From an uncultured Candidatus Saccharibacteria bacterium (GTDB lineage: Bacteria; Patescibacteriota; Saccharimonadia; Saccharimonadales; UBA10212): a stretch of DNA of 61,473 nucleotides. Location: NCBI GenBank assembly GCA_964585885.1, contig CAZPFQ010000001.1:1-61473 (forward strand). Reading direction: 5' to 3'. Below the pieces are notes generated by a model, which worked only from the letters and a program-made list of their open reading frames with translations, did not search any database and was not told the DNA's origin. Made by a program: the position numbers and the translations under genes. Position 1 is the first letter of the stretch; each line of letters starts with the position of its first letter. Of this stretch, positions 17,739 to 27,034 are shown in pieces.

Positions 17739-19007
17739 ATGCGCGAAGACACAAAAAAAACTTTCCCGAAAAATTTTCTATGGGGCGCTAGTACGGCGGC
17801 TCACCAAGTAGAGGGCGGCAATCATAATCAATGGTCAGTATGGGAGCTAGAGAATGCCGCCAAAATGGCCGGTGAGGCCGAAAAAATGCTGGCCTGGCGC
17901 TGGAAAGCACCAGCCTGGGAAGAAGTCAAAAAGCAGGCCCTGGATCCAGACAACTATGTTAGCGGCAGCGGCGTAGAGCACTACACGCGGTATAAACACG
18001 ACTTCGATTTACTAAAAAAACTCAGCCTAAATTCATTTAGGTTCAGCGTTGAATGGTCAAGGATCGAGCCCGAGGAAGGGCAGTGGAACCAAGAAGCTAT
18101 AGACCACTACAAAAATTACATTACCGAGCTGAAAAAACGCGATATAGAGCCGATACTCAACATATGGCACTTTACCTTACCCGTTTGGTTTACGACTCGC
18201 GGCGGTTTCAAATACCGAAAAAACCTCAAGTATTTTAATAGATTTGTCCAAAAGGTAGCCAAGGAGCTAACGGCTGATATTAGCTACGCCATAACGCTTA
18301 ATGAGCCGAATATATACGCCAGCTACGGTTATCTGTTGGGGCTGTGGCCGCCTCAGGAGAAAAGCATCGTTAGTGTATCGCGTGTATCGTGGAACCTAAT
18401 AAAAGCCCACAAACAGGCTTATCGTATTTTGAAAAAGCAAAAACCTAGCTTGCAAGTCGGCCTGGCACAGCAGTTGGCCAATATACAAGCCAAAGATCCT
18501 CATAATATATCCGACGAGCTATCTACCAAGGTCATGCGCTATGTCTGGAACTGGTCTTTTTTGAACCTGATAAAGCGCCAACAGGACTTTGTAGGTATTA
18601 ATTACTACTTTACGGATTACTATGACGGCTGGTTCAGACGTACAGACCCTAAAATACCGATAAACGATTTAGGCTGGTACCTAGAGCCCGAAGGCCTGTT
18701 TCCGCTGCTACTTAGAACCTGGGCTCACTTTCATAAACCGATAATTGTGACCGAGAACGGCGTAGCCGACATGCACGATGAATATCGCCGTTGGTGGATA
18801 GAAGAAACAATTGTCGCCATGGAGAGGGCTATGTCCGAGGGAGTTAAAATAAAAGGCTACTTCCACTGGAGTTTGCTGGATAACTTTGAGTGGGCTCAAG
18901 GGTGGTGGCCAAAATTCGGATTAGTAGAGGTGGACAGACAAAACGGCATGAAGCGTACAGTGCGGCCTAGTGCCAAATGGTTCGCCGACAAGATTAAGAA
19001 ACTATAA
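17739..19007 (+). CDS. glycoside hydrolase family 1 (beta-glucosidase-like)
   Basis: FLWGASTAAHQVEG N-terminus, acid/base TLNEPN, nucleophile IVTENG and C-terminal FHWSLLDNFEW. Confidence 0.9.
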   Translation: MREDTKKTFPKNFLWGASTAAHQVEGGNHNQWSVWELENAAKMAGEAEKMLAWRWKAPAWEEVKKQALDPDNYVSGSGVEHYTRYKHDFDLLKKLSLNSFRFSVEWSRIEPEEGQWNQEAIDHYKNYITELKKRDIEPILNIWHFTLPVWFTTRGGFKYRKNLKYFNRFVQKVAKELTADISYAITLNEPNIYASYGYLLGLWPPQEKSIVSVSRVSWNLIKAHKQAYRILKKQKPSLQVGLAQQLANIQAKDPHNISDELSTKVMRYVWNWSFLNLIKRQQDFVGINYYFTDYYDGWFRRTDPKIPINDLGWYLEPEGLFPLLLRTWAHFHKPIIVTENGVADMHDEYRRWWIEETIVAMERAMSEGVKIKGYFHWSLLDNFEWAQGWWPKFGLVEVDRQNGMKRTVRPSAKWFADKIKKL

Positions 19008-19050
19008 TAAGCTTGACCATTTTGGTAATCCATGCTATTATATATCTGTT

Positions 19051-19437
19051 ATGTCAAAAACAAACATCGAAGTTCTCAACAAAACAAAAGAAAACAGTAA
19101 CAATCTAGCACTCAAGGCAAGCGCAATTGGCGCAGTTGCTCTTGCAGCCGTTGGCCTTAAGATGGCCCAACACAACGCCCAGCCACAAGAACCGGCGCTC
19201 AATGGACCGCACATCGAATATACGGTAGGGCCTCAAGATACCGTCTCCACGATTCTTCAGAGGGCTTATCCTGATAGAGATTGGCGCAGCCTAACTGATG
19301 TGGTCGAATCGCAGCTACCGAAACCTGACAGGCACGCACATATAGTCAGGGCTGGTGAGGTGCTCACGTTTGGCCAAGACGCCAAGATAGGCAAGCTCAT
19401 ACAGGGCGACACAGGTTCTCATAGCGCCAACGGCTGA
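19051..19437 (+). CDS. small membrane-anchored protein with LysM-like C-terminal segment
   Basis: Start trimmed from 18970 to ATG 19051 (MSKTNIEV...). One TM (AIGAVALAAVGL). YTVGPQDTVSTILQRAY...IVRAGEVLTFG loosely fits a LysM pattern. Confidence 0.4.
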   Translation: MSKTNIEVLNKTKENSNNLALKASAIGAVALAAVGLKMAQHNAQPQEPALNGPHIEYTVGPQDTVSTILQRAYPDRDWRSLTDVVESQLPKPDRHAHIVRAGEVLTFGQDAKIGKLIQGDTGSHSANG

Positions 19438-19529
19438 GGTTCGGGCGCTATATATTGTGTTTAGTGGGTAACTCTAACCTCATGTGGAAAAGTATAGGCT
19501 TCTCCATATGATTATTTATTTTTTTGCTA

Positions 19530-19583
19530 TTGCTTGTGGGTAGGTGTGGGTAGTATAGTCACATCAGTGGGTAACAGTGGGTA
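19530..19583 (+). promoter_or_regulatory. candidate mraZ promoter (TTGCTT-18 nt-TATAGT) overlapped by four GTGGGTA direct repeats (MraZ boxes)
   Basis: GTGGGTA occurs at 19536, 19546, 19567 and 19577, as two pairs with 10-bp spacing whose pairs are 21 bp apart. A fifth copy sits at 19464..19470. TTGCTT is at 19530..19535 and TATAGT at 19554..19559. Confidence 0.65.
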
Positions 19584-19639
19584 GTCCAAAACAGACTATT
19601 CATCAAAAAACAAAAACCACTAGCAATCAAAGGAGGCCC

Positions 19640-20002
19640 ATGGGAGATTACTTCGAAAGAAAACTCGACGACAAGCGGCGGTTGACCATACCGACCGAGC
19701 TTAGAGGCGAGTTTGGCAGCGGAGTGATAATAACCAGGGGCTTTAAAAACTACTTACATCTATATCCTCTGTCCGTCTGGGACGAAGAGGTTGAACCCCA
19801 GCTAAAGGGGAGCATCCTTGATGAACAGACGGGAGATCTGAACGTCCGCTTTCGGATGGGCAAGCAGAACGCCGATATAGATCACAAACAGGGCCGGATT
19901 ACCATAGAACAGCACTTACTTGACTTTGCGGGCATCGACCGCGAAGTTGTGGCCGTGCGAGCCGGTAATTACTGGCGCTTAATGGGGAAGACGAAGATGT
20001 AG
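19640..20002 (+). CDS. mraZ: transcriptional regulator MraZ
   Basis: Two MraZ/SpoVT-AbrB half-domains with the DxxxR-type motifs LDDKRRLTIP and IDHKQGRITIE. AGGAGG RBS at 19631..19636. The ORF-track start 19577 lies inside the operator repeats and is rejected. Confidence 0.9.
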   Translation: MGDYFERKLDDKRRLTIPTELRGEFGSGVIITRGFKNYLHLYPLSVWDEEVEPQLKGSILDEQTGDLNVRFRMGKQNADIDHKQGRITIEQHLLDFAGIDREVVAVRAGNYWRLMGKTKM

Positions 20003-20364
20003 GCTATCCTTTGCACCTTGAAAACCCGGTAAGTTGATCGAATAGTACTAGAACTTTTAGCGCAGAAGAACGCTTAGGTTCGAGGGTAGCTATTTGGCAG
20101 TCAGCCGGTGGATTCGGGGTCCATCGTTAACAAAACCCTAGCACCTTTTCACCCAATAACACCTCCCAAAACTCCACCTCACAAAGTCTCTCACAAAGAA
20201 CTTTTATGAGCTCAGAGGCAAGAGCACTCAGTGCTCGCGCCCTAAGCTCAACGAAAAACCTGTCCGTTCCTTGGACAGGCTAAACAAAAACAAAAAACAC
20301 CCAAAAACAAAAAGCTGGCTGCCGATTAGGTGCCCTTGTAAAACAAAAACAAAAAACACAAAAA

Positions 20365-21255
20365 ATGCCAAGACACCAACCAGTACTACTATCGGAAGTC
20401 TTAGACAATCTGAAGCCTAAGGTAGGCGAATCGTATCTAGATGCCACCGCCGGTTATGGCGGCCATGCCGAAGCCATAATTGGCCGGACGCAGGCGCCAA
20501 AACAGGCTGTATTGGTAGATAGAGACGCATCGGCCATCCTGGAACTTGAGAAGAAGTTCAAAGGCCAGGCGGCGACTATTGTCCACTCAGATTTTCTAAG
20601 CGCCTCACAAGAGCTTGTTGGCTCAGGAAAGCAATTTGAACTGATATTGGCCGATTTAGGCCTAAGCTCGCCCCAACTTGACGAGTCTGGCAGGGGCTTT
20701 TCGGTTCAAATGAGCGGGCCTCTCGACATGCGAATGGATAAACGCCAAGAGAGCAGTGCTTCTCAGATAATAAATGAAGCAACTCGCGAAGAGCTAGAAG
20801 CTATGTTTGCGACTTTCGGTGAAGAGCCAAAGGCTGCTCAGATAGCGGATGAAATTGTCCGTCAGAGGCCGCTAAAGACAACTGATCAACTTGCACGCAT
20901 TGCAGCAAAATTCTGGCCCGGCTATAGTCGCCGTCACCCAGCGACTCGAGTCTTCCAGGCCATCAGAATTGCAGTCAACAACGAGCTTTACCAGCTTGAG
21001 CAAAGTTTACCTCTGTGGCTAGAACTACTCGCGCCAGGCGGCAGACTAGCTATCATCAGCTTCCATAGCTTAGAGGACAGGCTAGTTAAGCAGTTTTTTA
21101 CCGATAATTCAGCCAGTAACTATACCGGACAGCTGAAAATACTTACTAAAAAACCGCTCACAGCAGTGTACAATGAAATAGTTTCCAATCCGCGAGCACG
21201 TAGTGCAAAACTGCGAGCCGCAGCTAAAATAAAAACCAAAAAGAAAGGGTCATAG
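20365..21255 (+). CDS. rsmH: 16S rRNA (cytosine1402-N4)-methyltransferase RsmH (MraW)
   Basis: HQPVLLSEVL, DATAGYGGHA, DLGLSSPQLD and FHSLEDRLVK are canonical RsmH motifs. Confidence 0.93.
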   Translation: MPRHQPVLLSEVLDNLKPKVGESYLDATAGYGGHAEAIIGRTQAPKQAVLVDRDASAILELEKKFKGQAATIVHSDFLSASQELVGSGKQFELILADLGLSSPQLDESGRGFSVQMSGPLDMRMDKRQESSASQIINEATREELEAMFATFGEEPKAAQIADEIVRQRPLKTTDQLARIAAKFWPGYSRRHPATRVFQAIRIAVNNELYQLEQSLPLWLELLAPGGRLAIISFHSLEDRLVKQFFTDNSASNYTGQLKILTKKPLTAVYNEIVSNPRARSAKLRAAAKIKTKKKGS

Positions 21256-21413
21256 GAAAACTCATGCCTATTAAGGTACAGAGTCAGTCCCGGGCTTACA
21301 AAGTCCATGTCAGAGTCATAAAAGACTCCAGCTAGACTATTGGTCTTCGGGAAAAGGGCAGCGTAATTGACCAAAAAAAGCCGGCGCTGCCCGCCAAAAA
21401 CAAAAACAAAAAT

Positions 21414-21758
21414 ATGACATATTCATCGTCAGTAGCGGCCAGCCGTAGGGGCTATCTGCGACGGAACCAAAACAGCGTATCGTTTGTAAAAAGCGGTGGT
21501 AAACTGGGCCCGGTAAGCAATAGCGTAGTGCTCATCGTGCTAGGATGCCTAATCGGGCTTTTGTATCTGACACAAGTTACAAAAACTAATAGCTACGGTT
21601 ACAGCATCAATAATCTCCAAACAGAACAAGCCCAGCTAAGAAGCCAAAAGGCCGACTTGGAGGTTGCGTCCGCACGTTTGCAGTCACTTGATCGGGTTAC
21701 AGCTAGCCCAATTGCTAGGAATTTGGTGTCCGTAACACCATCCGGCTCGATTCACTAA
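21414..21758 (+). CDS. ftsL: FtsL-like cell-division protein
   Basis: 114 aa with a basic N-terminus, one TM (VVLIVLGCLIGLLYL) and a short coiled coil (LQTEQAQLRSQKADLEVASARLQSL). It sits between rsmH and ftsI. Confidence 0.6.
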   Translation: MTYSSSVAASRRGYLRRNQNSVSFVKSGGKLGPVSNSVVLIVLGCLIGLLYLTQVTKTNSYGYSINNLQTEQAQLRSQKADLEVASARLQSLDRVTASPIARNLVSVTPSGSIH

Positions 21759-21772
21759 GTTAGTCTTTTCTG

Positions 21773-23563
21773 ATGCGACCACGAATGCCCTCGGGGCAGT
21801 CAGCCGGCAATACTACCGACAACAGGCGTCTCAATATTTGGTACGTTCTTTTAATATTTATTTTGGGCGCGTTTGTGGCAAGACTGTTCTATTTACAGAT
21901 AGTCAAACACGACCACTATCGACAAGCGGCACTTTCCGGGCAGCTTAAAGAATACGAAATTCCAGCCGATCGCGGACAAATACAAGCCTACGAAAATGGT
22001 AACTTAGTTCCATTGGTACTTAACCAGAAGCTATATACACTTTTCGCTGATCCGGCTTTTGTCAAAGACACGTCTGCGGGTTCGGCTAAATTGGCGGTTA
22101 TCACCAAGGGCAGTGCTCAGGACTATGCCAAGGCAATGAAAACACCCAACACTCGCTACGTAGTACTGGCCAAGCGTCTTAGCGAGGCCCAGAATAAAGC
22201 TATAACCAATCTTCGGCTTGCTGGAGTCGGCACTCAAGGTCAAAATTATCGGATATATCCGCAGGGATCATTGGCGGCTCAACTCCTAGGATTCGTCAAT
22301 GACGAAGGCCAGGGCAAGTATGGCATCGAGCAATATTTGGAAAAAACCCTATCAGGTACTCCAGGTGAGCTCAAGGCCATTACAGACGCCGCAGGCGTGC
22401 CACTGGCTGCCAGCCGTGATAATGTCCAAATAAACCCCAAAAATGGCTCTGACACGGTACTTACAATTGATGTCAGTATGCAAAAACAACTTGAAAATAT
22501 ATTGGCTACAGGCCTAAGACGGGCAAGCAGCAACTCAGGGTGTGCCTTAATAATCGACCCAAATAACGGGGCGGTCAAAGCCATGGCAAACTGGCCGGCA
22601 TACGATCCCGCCAAGTTCTATAAAGTTTCCGATGCCAAGTTGTTTAACAATGATTGTGTTAGCTCGCCGCTGGAAGTTGGCTCGGCTATGAAGAGCCTGA
22701 CGGCTAGCGCTGCCTTAGACCTTGGCGTTATAAAGCAAAATACATCTTACTATGACCCGAGCCATTGGAAACTAGACGGCCACGAAGTTACTAACATTGA
22801 GGAAGACGGTGGAGCGGGGACACATAATATTGCCGATATACTGAATCTCTCGATTAATACCGGTGCTACATGGATGCTCATGAGAATGGGCGGAGAAACC
22901 GGTGTGGTTAACCGGCAAGCAAGGGAGCGCTGGCACGATTATATGACAAACCATTTTCAGCTCGGCAAACCTACTGGCATAGAGCAGGGCTACGAGGCCG
23001 CCGGCTACATTCCCGATCCGAACAACGGCTATGGCCTCCAGCTGGCTTATGCCAATACCGCCTTTGGCCAAGCTATGACGGCCACTATGCTGCAAATGGC
23101 GGCGGCGCTGTCTAGCGTAGTAAACGGCGGAACGTATTACCAGCCACGGTTAGTCGATAGCTTAATTAGCTCAGCCGGCGGAGATGAAGTTATGAAGGCT
23201 AAAATCGCTAAAAGCCACGTAGTGTCTCCGGCTGTCGGTAAATCGATTCGCTCGTTGCTCGACTACGCCGTTAGGCAGCACTATCTAAACGGCTTTAACT
23301 ACCTAAATTTCCCATCGACTTATGAAGTCGGCGGGAAAACCGGCACTGCTCAGATAGCTAACCCGTCCGGGGGTTATTATGCCAATCGGTATAACGGGAC
23401 TTACATCGGTTTCGTTGGCGGCGCTAAGCCGCAATACGTAATTGCCGTACGCGTTAACGAGCCGCACATCAGCGGATATGCTGGCAGCGGCGCAGCCCAG
23501 CCGATATTCTCAGACCTAGCTCACATGCTTATAAACAACTTTAACGTTACGCCTAAAAACTGA
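21773..23563 (+). CDS. ftsI: class B penicillin-binding protein / peptidoglycan D,D-transpeptidase FtsI
   Basis: N-terminal TM plus dimerisation domain. Transpeptidase motifs SxxK (GSAMKS), SxN (LSINTG) and KTG (GGKTGTAQ). Confidence 0.9.
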   Translation: MRPRMPSGQSAGNTTDNRRLNIWYVLLIFILGAFVARLFYLQIVKHDHYRQAALSGQLKEYEIPADRGQIQAYENGNLVPLVLNQKLYTLFADPAFVKDTSAGSAKLAVITKGSAQDYAKAMKTPNTRYVVLAKRLSEAQNKAITNLRLAGVGTQGQNYRIYPQGSLAAQLLGFVNDEGQGKYGIEQYLEKTLSGTPGELKAITDAAGVPLAASRDNVQINPKNGSDTVLTIDVSMQKQLENILATGLRRASSNSGCALIIDPNNGAVKAMANWPAYDPAKFYKVSDAKLFNNDCVSSPLEVGSAMKSLTASAALDLGVIKQNTSYYDPSHWKLDGHEVTNIEEDGGAGTHNIADILNLSINTGATWMLMRMGGETGVVNRQARERWHDYMTNHFQLGKPTGIEQGYEAAGYIPDPNNGYGLQLAYANTAFGQAMTATMLQMAAALSSVVNGGTYYQPRLVDSLISSAGGDEVMKAKIAKSHVVSPAVGKSIRSLLDYAVRQHYLNGFNYLNFPSTYEVGGKTGTAQIANPSGGYYANRYNGTYIGFVGGAKPQYVIAVRVNEPHISGYAGSGAAQPIFSDLAHMLINNFNVTPKN

Positions 23564-23605
23564 TATCAGAGTGATATAATGAGACATAGTCAATAAAAAC
23601 ACAAA

Positions 23606-24649
23606 ATGAGCAGCTTACTAGTATTCGTAGATTCATCGACGATTGAAAAAATATTCGTACTTGGCTTTTTGAGTTTCATCATCAGCATGGCCCTAACGCC
23701 GATATACACAAGTGTTGCTTTTGCCAAACAGTGGTGGAAGAAAGCTCGTACGAACGCAATTACCGGCGAAGCCGCCAAAGTATATACCAAACTTCATGCC
23801 GCCAAGCATAGCCGGAACATACCAACTATGGCCGGCATTATCTTCGTGGCCGCGACAGCTATCGTCACGCTATCTGGCAACCTTAGCCGTTCGGAAACGT
23901 GGTTACCTCTAGCGGCGATGGCGGGAGCCGCGATTATTGGCCTTGTCGACGATATTATTAATATCAAAGGTATTGGTGGCGGCATTGCTGGGATGCGCGC
24001 TAAAGTAAAATCACTTTTTTTGGTTTTCATTGCGCTGATAGGCGGCTGGTGGTTCTTCGCCAAACTTGAAGTAACAGATATCTTTATCCCGTTTTACCAA
24101 AGCTTGCACATTGGCTGGTTGATAATCCCGCTTTTTATATTAGTGGTGTTCGCCACGGCAAACGCGGTAAATATAACCGATGGCCTAGACGGCTTGGCCG
24201 GCGGTCTTTCTGCAATCGCTTTTGGCGCCTATGCATTGATCGCTGTGATAGAAGGCAAGTACGGCATTGCCGGCTTCTGTATGACTATCGTCGGGGCCTT
24301 GCTGGCATATACGTGGTTCAATATCTACCCCGCGCGCTTTTTCATGGGAGACGTTGGTTCTTTTGCATTGGGCACGGCTCTTGGCGTTGTGGCGATGCTT
24401 ACCGACACGGTTCTTCTCCTGCCCATTATCGGAGCTGTATTCGTTATGGAAACCGGTTCGGTGATAATCCAAGTCGCGAGTAAACGTCTGCGCAATGGTA
24501 AAAAAATCTTCTTTTCCACTCCCATACATCACCACTTTGAAGCCCTTGGCTGGCCCGAGACCAAAATTACAATGCGGTTTTGGGTTATTGGTCAGATCGC
24601 CGCTCTTCTGGGAATAATAATTTTCATTCTTGGCGGTCCACCTCAATGA
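23606..24649 (+). CDS. mraY: phospho-N-acetylmuramoyl-pentapeptide transferase
   Basis: GLVDDIINIKG, NAVNITDGLDGLAGG and PIHHHFE motifs in a polytopic membrane protein. Confidence 0.95.
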   Translation: MSSLLVFVDSSTIEKIFVLGFLSFIISMALTPIYTSVAFAKQWWKKARTNAITGEAAKVYTKLHAAKHSRNIPTMAGIIFVAATAIVTLSGNLSRSETWLPLAAMAGAAIIGLVDDIINIKGIGGGIAGMRAKVKSLFLVFIALIGGWWFFAKLEVTDIFIPFYQSLHIGWLIIPLFILVVFATANAVNITDGLDGLAGGLSAIAFGAYALIAVIEGKYGIAGFCMTIVGALLAYTWFNIYPARFFMGDVGSFALGTALGVVAMLTDTVLLLPIIGAVFVMETGSVIIQVASKRLRNGKKIFFSTPIHHHFEALGWPETKITMRFWVIGQIAALLGIIIFILGGPPQ

Positions 24650-25923
24650 ACGTTCTAAGCCCGAGCTCGGCGGGAAGCAGTGATGCTGGCCGGGCAGGGA
24701 ATACCCTTAACTTAGGCCGCCGGCACAAACCAGATTACTGGCTTTTCGTTATCACCTCTATATTGCTGACAATCGGCCTAGTGGTTGTTTATTCCATCAG
24801 CCCGGGCCTGGCTGCTTCGCAGCATATTAGCCAAAGCTACTTTATTACCAAACAGCTTATTGATGTCGGGCTAGGGCTGGCGGCTTTTGCATTTGCGGCC
24901 TACTTTCCGCTATCCAAATGGCAGAAATTGGTCACACCTCTTGCCATAGCGGCTGTATTGGCCTCGGTGGTAGTAATGTTCTCGCCCTTGGATACGGTCT
25001 ATCAGGCGCATAGGTGGATTCGTCTTGGCAGTTTTTCGTTTCAGGTAGCTGAACTTATCAAACTGGCACTACTTTTGTGGCTAGCAAGGTTCCTAACTGA
25101 TAAGTGGCAGCGCGGTCAGCTCTCAGATTTGAAAGCTGTGCTTCAACCGCTCATAGCCCTTCTTTTAGTCATAGGCGTTCTTGTTGCAAAGTTTCAAAGC
25201 GACTTGGGCTCGGCTGCCGTAATGATTTCAATGATGGGGCTAATGACATATGCGGCGGGCGTGCCCTTAAAACGGATTGTTCAGATAGGAGTGGTTGTAG
25301 CAGCCTTTTTATTCTTAGCGATATTTTCTACTGGGTATAGACGCGACAGGCTGGTATCGTTCCTGCATCAAGGCGAAAGTTGCCAGAGTTCATCGTACCA
25401 AGCCTGCCAGGCCTTAATTTCTGTTGGTTCTGGTGGAGTATTGGGGCAGGGGCTTGGTTACGGCGTCCAAGCTTACGGGTATCTTCCGGAAGCCTCTAAC
25501 GATTCGATATTCGCCATCATGGCCGAAAAGTTCGGTTTTATAGGTACAACGACCATAATATTGCTGTTCGGCTTGTTCTTTAGACGCCTAAAATTGATTA
25601 TCGAAAAAACCGCCGATACTTTTAGCCGCTTGATTGTTGTAGGAGTACTTGCATGGTTTAGCACTCAAATGATAATAAACGTCGGCGCCATGCTCGGTCT
25701 GCTTCCCCTAAAGGGAATTACCTTGCCTTTAATTAGCCAAGGTGGGACTAGCTTGATATTTTTAATGGCCGGAGTGGGGCTGGTTTATCAGATTTCACGA
25801 TATACTAATTACAGCGTTGTCTCGCAATCATCCCAAAATGAAAAATCACCTAACTATAGTCTTAACCGGCGGCGGGTCAGGGGGGCATATAACCCCTCTG
25901 CTGTCACTCGCCCACGAACTTAA
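24646..25923 (+). CDS. ftsW: SEDS-family peptidoglycan glycosyltransferase FtsW
   Basis: Polytopic, with YLPEASNDSIFAIMAEKFG and LPLISQGGTSL motifs. Start trimmed to ATG 24646, which overlaps the mraY stop (ATGA). The 3' tail overlaps murG by 86 nt. Confidence 0.9.
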   Translation: MNVLSPSSAGSSDAGRAGNTLNLGRRHKPDYWLFVITSILLTIGLVVVYSISPGLAASQHISQSYFITKQLIDVGLGLAAFAFAAYFPLSKWQKLVTPLAIAAVLASVVVMFSPLDTVYQAHRWIRLGSFSFQVAELIKLALLLWLARFLTDKWQRGQLSDLKAVLQPLIALLLVIGVLVAKFQSDLGSAAVMISMMGLMTYAAGVPLKRIVQIGVVVAAFLFLAIFSTGYRRDRLVSFLHQGESCQSSSYQACQALISVGSGGVLGQGLGYGVQAYGYLPEASNDSIFAIMAEKFGFIGTTTIILLFGLFFRRLKLIIEKTADTFSRLIVVGVLAWFSTQMIINVGAMLGLLPLKGITLPLISQGGTSLIFLMAGVGLVYQISRYTNYSVVSQSSQNEKSPNYSLNRRRVRGAYNPSAVTRPRT

Positions 25924-27034
25924 GAAGCAAGAGCCGCAATGCCGAATAATCTACATTGGCCAGAAGGGCGAAAAACTTGAAAATTCTCTACGAGAGCGGT
26001 ATCAAGTCTTTGACGAAAGTCGTTATGTCGCCGCCGGTAAGTTTCGCCGTTACCATGGCGAGAGCCTTCTGGCGCATTTGACGGATTGGCGCACTCTTTA
26101 TCTAAACTTTGTTGATTTTTTTAAGGTTTTAGCTGGCACTTGGCAAGCCCGGAAGCTACTGGCTAGCCTCAAACCCGCGGCTGTTTTTTCTAAGGGAGGA
26201 TTCGTGTCGGTCCCAGTTGGCTTAGCCGCTCGGAGTTTGGGCATTCCAATCGTGACGCATGACTCTGACGCTATAGCCGGGCTAGCAAATCGCATTATTG
26301 GTCGTTATGCGACCGTTAAGACGACCGGTATGCCATATAGGCCAGGGGAGTCCCACGATGAACGCGTCCGCTATGTCGGTATTCCACTTGACGAGCGTAT
26401 CCGCCAAGTTACACCTAAGTTGCAGGCGAGGTACAAAAAAGAAATAGAATTACCGGCAGACTCACAAGTTTTGCTTATAAGCGGTGGTGGCTTAGGATCA
26501 CAATCTTTAAATCAAAAAATTATTCAAATAACGCCAAAATTACTTGAAGATATGCCAAAGCTGAGGATTATCCACTTTACTGGAGAATCTAATTTAAAAA
26601 AATGCGTCGACGAATACAACGAATCGGCGGCTACATATATTGACAGGGTAAAGCCGCTGGGGTTTAGCAGTGATTATTTTATGTACAGCGGGGCGGCGGA
26701 CTTGGTTGTCGCACGGGCCGGTGCCACTACAATTGCCGAGCTGGCACTACAAAAAAAAGCCGTGCTACTGATTCCAGCAGAACACTTAACGGGAGGGCAC
26801 CAGATCAAAAATGCCCAAATTCTCGAAGAGGCAGAGGCCGCGAAAATTGTCAGTTCGAATATAACGCCTGAAGAACTCCGAATCCAAATAACCCTACTAC
26901 TGAAGGATGCTTCCAAACGCCGCAAGTTAGCAGACAACCTCGGTATGATGGCGAAAGCCGATGCGGCAAGCGAGCTAGCGAGAATAATTATCGCGTCCGC
27001 TGCCAGGGAGAAGTCTCCGAGCGATGATGAATAA
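25838..27034 (+). CDS. murG: UDP-N-acetylglucosamine:lipid I N-acetylglucosaminyltransferase MurG
   Basis: N-terminal LTGGGSGGHITP G-loop and C-terminal ARAGATTIAEL...PAEHLTGGHQIKNA. Start trimmed to ATG 25838 (MKNHLTIVL). Confidence 0.9.
   Translation: MKNHLTIVLTGGGSGGHITPLLSLAHELKKQEPQCRIIYIGQKGEKLENSLRERYQVFDESRYVAAGKFRRYHGESLLAHLTDWRTLYLNFVDFFKVLAGTWQARKLLASLKPAAVFSKGGFVSVPVGLAARSLGIPIVTHDSDAIAGLANRIIGRYATVKTTGMPYRPGESHDERVRYVGIPLDERIRQVTPKLQARYKKEIELPADSQVLLISGGGLGSQSLNQKIIQITPKLLEDMPKLRIIHFTGESNLKKCVDEYNESAATYIDRVKPLGFSSDYFMYSGAADLVVARAGATTIAELALQKKAVLLIPAEHLTGGHQIKNAQILEEAEAAKIVSSNITPEELRIQITLLLKDASKRRKLADNLGMMAKADAASELARIIIASAAREKSPSDDE

Noticed and set aside
17753-17760. A8/T8 homopolymers near gene 5' ends as phase-variation switches: 17753..17760 in GH1, 38177..38184 in pth, 54719..54726 in the TIM-barrel GH, 4704..4711 in ctpA, plus 9846..9853 and 10674..10681.
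   Set aside because: They occur in essential genes too (pth, ctpA) and simply encode Lys-Lys(-Lys) in basic N-termini. This is too common and too short to argue for contingency loci.
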